NCBI GenBank assembly: GCA_020891255.1
Contig: BQFW01000004.1
Location: 2,728,001-2,792,000, forward strand
Origin: Entomortierella parvispora E1425
Lineage: Eukaryota > Fungi > Mortierellomycota
Direction of reading: 5' to 3'
Length of the DNA: 64,000 nucleotides
The notes under the pieces were generated by a model, which worked only from the letters and a program-made list of their open reading frames with translations, ran no database searches and was not told where the DNA came from. The stretch's first letter is position 1, and every line of letters begins with the position of its first letter. Made by a program: the position numbers and the translations under genes. This document shows, one piece after another, positions 57,442-64,000 of this stretch.

Positions 57442-60400
57442 TCAAAGTTGCATGCTTTGGACATGGCGCAAGAGCATCTGCAACGTGTGCTTATGAGGGT
57501 TAGGATCGTTGGTCCTCGAAAGTTCCTCAAACGTGTCCTCCAATCGACGCTGGACAGAGGGCAAGATCCGGGCCATATGGTCTCCCAACAGAGGATCCTT
57601 GGGCTCCAGTCTCAACAAAACTTCTTGCAACCAAGTCAACTTCATGCCCAAGTTTTGGCTCAACTGATCATTAGCCAAATGGTGGGTCAGCGCCAACAAC
57701 ACGGGCTGGCTCAGGGTGCCACTTGGGTTCGCTGAGGAAGGCTGGAAAACTGCACGGGGCGAGACCTTGCCGCAGATGTAATACACAACTGCAGGGTCGT
57801 TGGTCGAAAGCGCCTGTGTGAATGCAGTCTCAAAATTGCCATGGGCTAGCAGTTGGTTCAGAGCTGCTGACTGCCTGTTCTCGACAGGAGAAGTTTGTTG
57901 CGATGGGCGACGCGACCCACCATATGCACTGGAGGTGTCCTCGCCTTGCAATGCCCTCTGAAGCCCAGAGGTGACACTTCTGCGCTGTTGGTCCATGTGT
58001 GGCTGGTTTGCGTACGATGACTCAGGTGCCATGGGTGTCGCCATGGCATTCTGAGCTGTTTGAGTCAACAAAGCTTGCAACGACTCCATGCCGGTCGAAA
58101 CCTTTTGAACTTGAGAGGATAGGCGTTCGATCGTCTCATGATCCTTCTGGTTGGAAGCCGCCAAATCCTCCATGCCGCTCTGGAAAGTAGCATGGATCTG
58201 TTGGAACATGACCTGGGTCGCCTTTTGGTAGGATGGGATCAACACCTTTGTGAAGCTGTCCTTGAACGATTCCTCGATGGAAGGTCGGATCGCAGAAGAC
58301 ACTTTTTCGGTCAGCTTGCTCATGAATTCAGAGTCACTCATGATACGGCTCATGTTCTCACCCAGGGCAGTGTCAACCGCAGAGGGCAAGGTCTACAGAA
58401 AAAAAAAAAAAAATAAAAAAATTAGCAACCAAAATGATCGGCAAGGATTGAACTTCAAAGAGGAAGCAGCGCGTTGCTCTTACCTTGGCGGTAACATCGC
58501 TCATGGTGCGAGCCATCTGACGTTCCACCGCAGCACCGACCACTTTGTTCAGAGCGGGAACAACAGAGCCTTGAATCTCCTTGTTGACTGTTTGAACAAG
58601 CAGCTGCTCCGTGCTCTTGGTGAGGGTCTGCGAAACCATCTTAAGGACAACCTCCTGTCGTGTGATCTGGTCATGATCCATTTTGCGGGCTTGCTGCTCC
58701 AATTCCGAAACCAACTTCTTCTCAAAGCGGGTAGCAAGTCTCTCCTCAACATCAAGCAGCAAAGACTGAAGTTCGCTCATCGAGATGGTAACATTTCCTC
58801 CCTGGTTTGGCAAGGCAGTTGACTCCTGCGATGTCATAGGAATGTCGGTCGAGCTGAGAGGCCGAGTGAACGACTGTCTTGCATTTCGTCCAGCAACCTT
58901 GGTAGCTTCGCTAGATGTCTTGACGTCCACCGTCGCTGCTATTGTCTGGGGTTTCTTGATCTCTGGAACTGATGTCGTGGGGGAAACGTCTGCACTCGTT
59001 TTGCCACTTGATCGACCAGGCACTGGAACTTCCTTCTTATCAGCGCCTTCAACGGTGGAGTTACGCTTCTTCTCCTTGAGCTTGGCAATGGCTCCATTGA
59101 TAACCGGACCATGGAGCTTAACAACCTTCTCGACTTCCTTCTCTGCCTCCAACGCGATGGCAGGAGGAGTTCCCAGGGACTCTGCAGTAGGAACCTCGAT
59201 TCTAGACATAGGACCACCAGCCGTTTCTTGATGTTTGGTCGAGGCGGGACTGGAGGCTTTGGGAGTAGATGCTTTGCCACCAGGTGCTGGTCGTTGATCT
59301 GCGGACTTGGAGACAGGGGCCGAAGGTGCGGCAGAGGCAAGGGTCTTGCAATTAGCCTTATCGTGGGGTTCCAGACCCTTGATGATGTACTGCTGCACAG
59401 CCTTGGCCTGAATGCAGTAGACGGAAAAGCCATTGTACTCCAAGGACGAGTCGGGCATGACCACAAAGCTGACGATAGGCTGTGGCATCGGGAACTCGAT
59501 CAAGAAGTCGAAGCGAGCTGCGCCCAAGACTGGCTCGGAGCTCTCCGAGGCGATCTTCATATACTGTGCTTGCGAGATATCCTTGAGTGGCTTCTTTTGC
59601 AAGGCTGAGTTGATGTTGACCTTGATGCCAAAGAGCGAGAGGCGCGCACTGTTGGCAAGCACCAGGCTCGAGGTCTCATAGTCATAGCCCATAAAGTTGA
59701 ACATTCTCATATCCTGCAATCGCGAAGCAGACTTGCCAAGGGACGATCGTCTGATTGATGAATGAGGCTCCTTGAATACGAGCTGGTCTGCGAGACTCAA
59801 TCCCGCGGCCAGCCACAGACTCAATTCTGTTCCACGACGACATGCTGTCACAACACCGCGAGCAGCAGTTGTGTCAGCCTCATCGACAAATACGGCATTG
59901 GTGACGCCAAGCCCTCCGTGGGGAATGAATTCGCTCAAGAATGTCGCCTTGCTCGATCCGATTTCCCAGAATTTGACCGAGCCGTCTTCACTCGCAGTTA
60001 CGATGACAGAGCCGTCAGGGGAGAAGGCAATGTCATTGATGGCCTAAATATGAAAATTGGGATTAGAGTCGAGTCGCCAATCAACGGACACTATATCGAT
60101 TCAAAATAAAGAAAACGCACCTGCTTGTGTGCTTGGATCACGATCGAGTTTTGCAAGAGTTGATTCTCGTCCAAAGTAATCGACTCTTGGCTGCCGACCA
60201 AGTTTTCGATGTTGACAATCAGCACAGAGTGATCATCATTGTTGACCAAGGCCAGAATAGAAGCTTGAGCAGGATTCCACGCAATGCGACTGTATCTTGG
60301 CTGATCTGTTTGGGGTCGACCAACCACCTCCAGGTACTTGGAGTGGGCAATGTCAGAAGAGTCAACGTCGGAGCCTGACAGGTTCCAAATGATAAGGCGA

Positions 60401-62284
60401 CTATCCTTGCCCACACTGGCCAAAAGCTGCGAACCAGATGCATTCGTGGCATCACCAACAGAGAATCCCATGTCGATAACCTGATCGGTATGACCTCGGA
60501 GTAGAGTCCTGTGCCCATGAGATTGTTGGATAACTCTGATCTTGCCACCTAAATACAAAAAGTGAAATTAGCCTGACCGTCAAATTATCGGAGTAGGTCT
60601 CTCTTCAATGAGAAGAATTGATCGTACCCTTTGCAGCATAGCTGATGTAGCCTTTGCTAACAGACACCATCTTGCCATGGTTGTATTCAACATCAGTTGG
60701 GATAAGTGTAATAGGGATGGTCTCCAAGTCCTCCGAGAAGATGGCATCCAAGTTATCCAGACCGGTGTCATAAGTCATCGGCCCAGACTCGGGGCGACTG
60801 AGGTAAACTCCATCAGGGTATCTATTATGACATTTCAAAGAGAGAGAAGTCAGCAGATGATCACACCTTCAGAACGCTCGTCTTAAACTCCCGGCATAAT
60901 AACAAGTGTCTCCACGTACCCCGTGCTTCCTTTGGCCAGCTTTTGCACACGGTGGTTCCAGGCCGAGTTAGGAGGGAGCAACTGATCCACCTGGTATCGC
61001 TTCTGATCGCGGTCGTGAGCGCGATTGGTGATTTCAGGCTCAGTGTGAGTAGGAGTCTCACGGCGGGGACCAGGGGTGCTGAAAGACGAGCGCTTTGAAG
61101 ACGAAGCTGTAGGCGTTGCATCGTGAGCGCCAACCAAAGGGGTTCCAGTTCTGGAGTGTGAGGGTGGGGTGACTGTTGTAGCAGGAGGAGCAGGAGCTGA
61201 GGCTGCCGAGGCGTTGGAGGAGCTTGTGAAGGACGAGAACGGGTTTACGTAGGTAAACTTTGCCTTTGATGTTGACTGCGGCGTGCTGTCCTTGGATGCA
61301 GGCGACTTCGCCAAAGGTTCTTTGCGGGTCTCCAATCCCTTTGTCTCTGCAGCAGTCTCGATAACGGTGTCCGTGTGCGATGGAGGCACAGGAGATGACG
61401 ATGTGGACTTTTGAAGCATAGCCAGCAGATTTCTGATGATCAATGGAATAAAACAGATCAGTCTTCCTGTCGTAATCTTTGTCCACGGGTTCGCGTGTTT
61501 TCATCATATTCACTTCTTACACTTCTTCGTTCTTGGGCGTCGGCTGAGGCTGAGCCAGCTCTGGCCGCGATCCGCCAAAGAGAGCCATCTTCAGACTTTC
61601 AGTCTTTTGTTGAGCAGTGCTCTGTGCGCTGGGTGCACTTGGCGACTCTGGCTTTGGTGGACCCCCAAAGAGGGCGAGCTTTAGGCTGTTGGTGCTGGCC
61701 TGAAGGTCGGCCTCCAAGCTGGGCGACTGAGGCTGGGGCTGGGGCTGGGCTGGGAATACCTGTTGGTGTGCATGTGGAGAGGTTCCAAAGGCTGATCCAG
61801 TGGTGCTAGAGGTCGACGCAGGAGAAGACTGGTTCAAGCTCTGGAGAAGCGAGGCCAACGCGTTGCTCTGAGGTGGACGAGGCTGGGGAGAAGGACCCGA
61901 AGGGAACTGGCCCATGGGGGGAGGGCCTCCTCGTTGCGATGGATGCATCATTGGCATGTACATTGGGTGCTGATCCATTGGCTGTTGGTTGAATCCGAAT
62001 CCTGGCATCATCTGTCCCATGGGAGGAGGAGGCATGTTCATGCCCTGGAAGTATGGCTGCGAGGACATGGGCGGATGCATGTCTCCCATAGGTGAATGCT
62101 GCTGTTGCTGTTGCTGGTGCTGCATCTGCTGGGGGTGAGGGTGCATTCCTGGAGGGCCATGCATGCCCTGGGGTGGTCCGAGAGGCTGACCCTGTCCCTG
62201 GCCAAGTCCGAGTCCCTGGTTCTGGCCGTGGCCGCCTTGGCCCTGGCCCTGGAGCATGTCGAGAAGCGATCTGTTTTCGCTCAT
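57442..62284 (-). CDS. EDC4: EDC4/Ge-1/Pdc1 decapping scaffold (Q/P-rich N-terminus, WD40, coiled coil, Ge-1 C-terminal domain), multi-exon
   Basis: VSKGYISYAAK|GGKIRVIQQSHGHRTLLRGHTDQVIDM; AFTQALSTNDPAVVYYIC; LSQPVLLALTHHL...KLTWLQEVL...HMARILPSVQRRL. Confidence 0.85.
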
Positions 62285-62414
62285 TGTGCAGAGTTAATGC
62301 TGGGACATGCACTGCCGAGTGGAGATCCTGATCGTGAGTGGAGGGAAGGTGCCGTGAAAGTGGAGGGCGAAGGTGCACTCGAAGGTACACGTCCTGGAGA
62401 CCTCTTAAAAAAGG

Positions 62415-62437
62415 TGTTGACGTCAACATCACGTGAC
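62415..62437. promoter_or_regulatory. 14-bp palindrome TGTTGACGTCAACA overlapping/abutting ATCACGTGAC in the EDC4/PIG-U divergent promoter
   Basis: Read directly; CRE-like TGACGTCA core and CACGTG core. Confidence 0.5.
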
Positions 62438-62590
62438 TTACACGTAGAAGAGCCGTTGGGCGAGTGCATGCATGCATGCTTCATCTCTTGACCTCTTTCC
62501 ATCGTCTGGACTCGACTCGACGCTCGACGCTCTACGCCGACACACTCTGACAGGGACACACTACTCACATTCATAGACGACTCTATATTG

Positions 62591-64000
62591 ATGCTACAAA
62601 AGACTTCTGCGGTATTTGCAGCCGCCTTCGCGCTACGCCTTGCTCTCTTTGAAATCCCTGGCTTGACGACCCTCCTGGGAGGCCGTGTCGAGATTTCAAC
62701 CCCCATCACAAGTTTCAAAAGATGTACGACTACTCATGGAAGATCTCTGGTCTTTTTCTGGAAACTCTCACCTGTGGACGAAAATGACCGAAGAGCTGAT
62801 CGGCTGTTTATCGTTTGATCCGCTCATTTTCTCTTTAGTGTCCGAAGGCGTCTTTCTGTTCAGTCATGGAGTTCCTCCATATGATGGCGGAGTTGTCCAC
62901 CAGGTTTGTCAGGAGAGCATGGATTCTGAATGGGATGTTGAAGAGCTTCAGGTGCATCTGTTCTGACCGATTTGTCCTCTCCACACATTTCAGGCACCAC
63001 TACTTCTTGGACTCTTTTACCCCATCATCTCAAGTGCACTGCTAGTGAAGCTGCTATACATTCTTGGAGATATTTTTATCGGCTATATGTTGCAGGAGAT
63101 CACAGCTTTAAAGGACAAGGATAGCTCTCAGGAAAAGAAGATCAGACAATACGGAAACAAACCGGAGGCACCTGGCATGGATGGTCTTACAGTAGCCATG
63201 TTGTATCTGTTCAACCCGTTCACTATTGTCAGCTGTGTTGGAATGAGTACTATTCTATTCTCCAATCTCGCAACAGTTGCTGGAATCTGGATGGGCATGA
63301 AAGGTAAAGGAGTCTCTGCAATAGTGGCCCTTGTTCGTTTGTTACACAGCTGATCGCTAACGTGCTTCTATGTATTCTGCAACAGGTGTTAGAAGCCTAG
63401 CAATGTTCAGTATCGCAGCCGCTTCATACCTTTCTCTTTACCCTTCAATGCTCGTTTTCCCAGTCGTCCTCCTGTTGACCCGAGGAGTGGTGGACGAATC
63501 TCTTGTGAAAAAGGTACCGCAGCCGAGTAGATTTTGGTAGATTCGACTGGAGTTCATAGCCAGTTGAGAAACTAACTGATTCACCACTTCAATATGACCA
63601 ATAGGTCAGAATTCAATGTGCAGGACTTTACCTTGCGTCCTTGGCGTCCTTGTTTCTGCTTTCATTCGTACTTGTTGGGTCGTTGGACTTTTTCAGGAGT
63701 GTTTATGGCACAATGTAAGACCTATGTCATTACTGTGTATACGAATGGATGCGATATAGTACAACTCGCTGATGCGCGTTTCTCTTTATATTTGAACATC
63801 TAGACTGGGGGTCAGCGACTTGACCCCGAACTTGGGCCTTTTCTGGTACTTCTTCATTGAAATGTTTGACCAGTTCAGACCTTTTTTCATTGTCGTGTTC
63901 CAAATCCATGTCTTCATCTTTGCATTGCCAATTTCCATCAAGTTGAGGTAAAGAGATGAGAGTATCTGACCTTTTCATTGCTTGCACATGAAAGTTGCAG
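62591..64000 (+). CDS. GAB1: GPI transamidase subunit PIG-U/Gab1, 3' end outside the window
   Basis: [71 protein letters not shown]. Confidence 0.93.

Noticed and set aside
1-64000. Transposable elements, NUMTs, rRNA
   Set aside because: No transposase, RT or integrase motifs, TIRs, LTRs or rRNA signatures recognised by eye; short degenerate elements cannot be excluded without a repeat library.

Overview
Gene-dense, intron-rich (GT-AG, CTAAC-type branch points) eukaryotic DNA from a fungus. The intron-containing B12-dependent methylmalonyl-CoA mutase and the overall gene style point to an early-diverging lineage, probably Mortierellaceae (inference). I can support about 28 protein-coding genes, 3 tRNA genes (two identical tRNA-Val(AAC), one intron-containing tRNA-Tyr(GUA)) and several simple repeats. 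I found no transposon, CRISPR array or rRNA. Most genes are housekeeping: LIS1, mitochondrial carrier, IMA1, USO1, RDH54/RAD54B, URM1, DHHC PAT, Asterix, AAT, TVP15, MMUT, ceramidase, SIS1, SEC61, EDC4, PIG-U. The standout is the left 3.5 kb, where three bacterial-type, intron-poor genes sit together: an IdnK-like gluconokinase and a head-to-head PhnZ (HD diiron oxygenase) / PhnY (Fe/2OG dioxygenase) pair. The pair should form a complete oxidative C-P bond cleavage (phosphonate catabolism) module, with CACGTG boxes in its shared promoter. Other leads are an intronless eIF5A paralog with an archaeal-like KPGKHG loop, a TCACGTGA element about 60-70 bp upstream of all three tRNA genes, two probable pseudoenzymes (a RhoGAP without its arginine finger and a Cid1-like nucleotidyltransferase with third Asp->His), GC-AG introns, 10-nt micro-exons and two orphan proteins. 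Exon boundaries were read by eye; family comparisons are from memory and need database confirmation.
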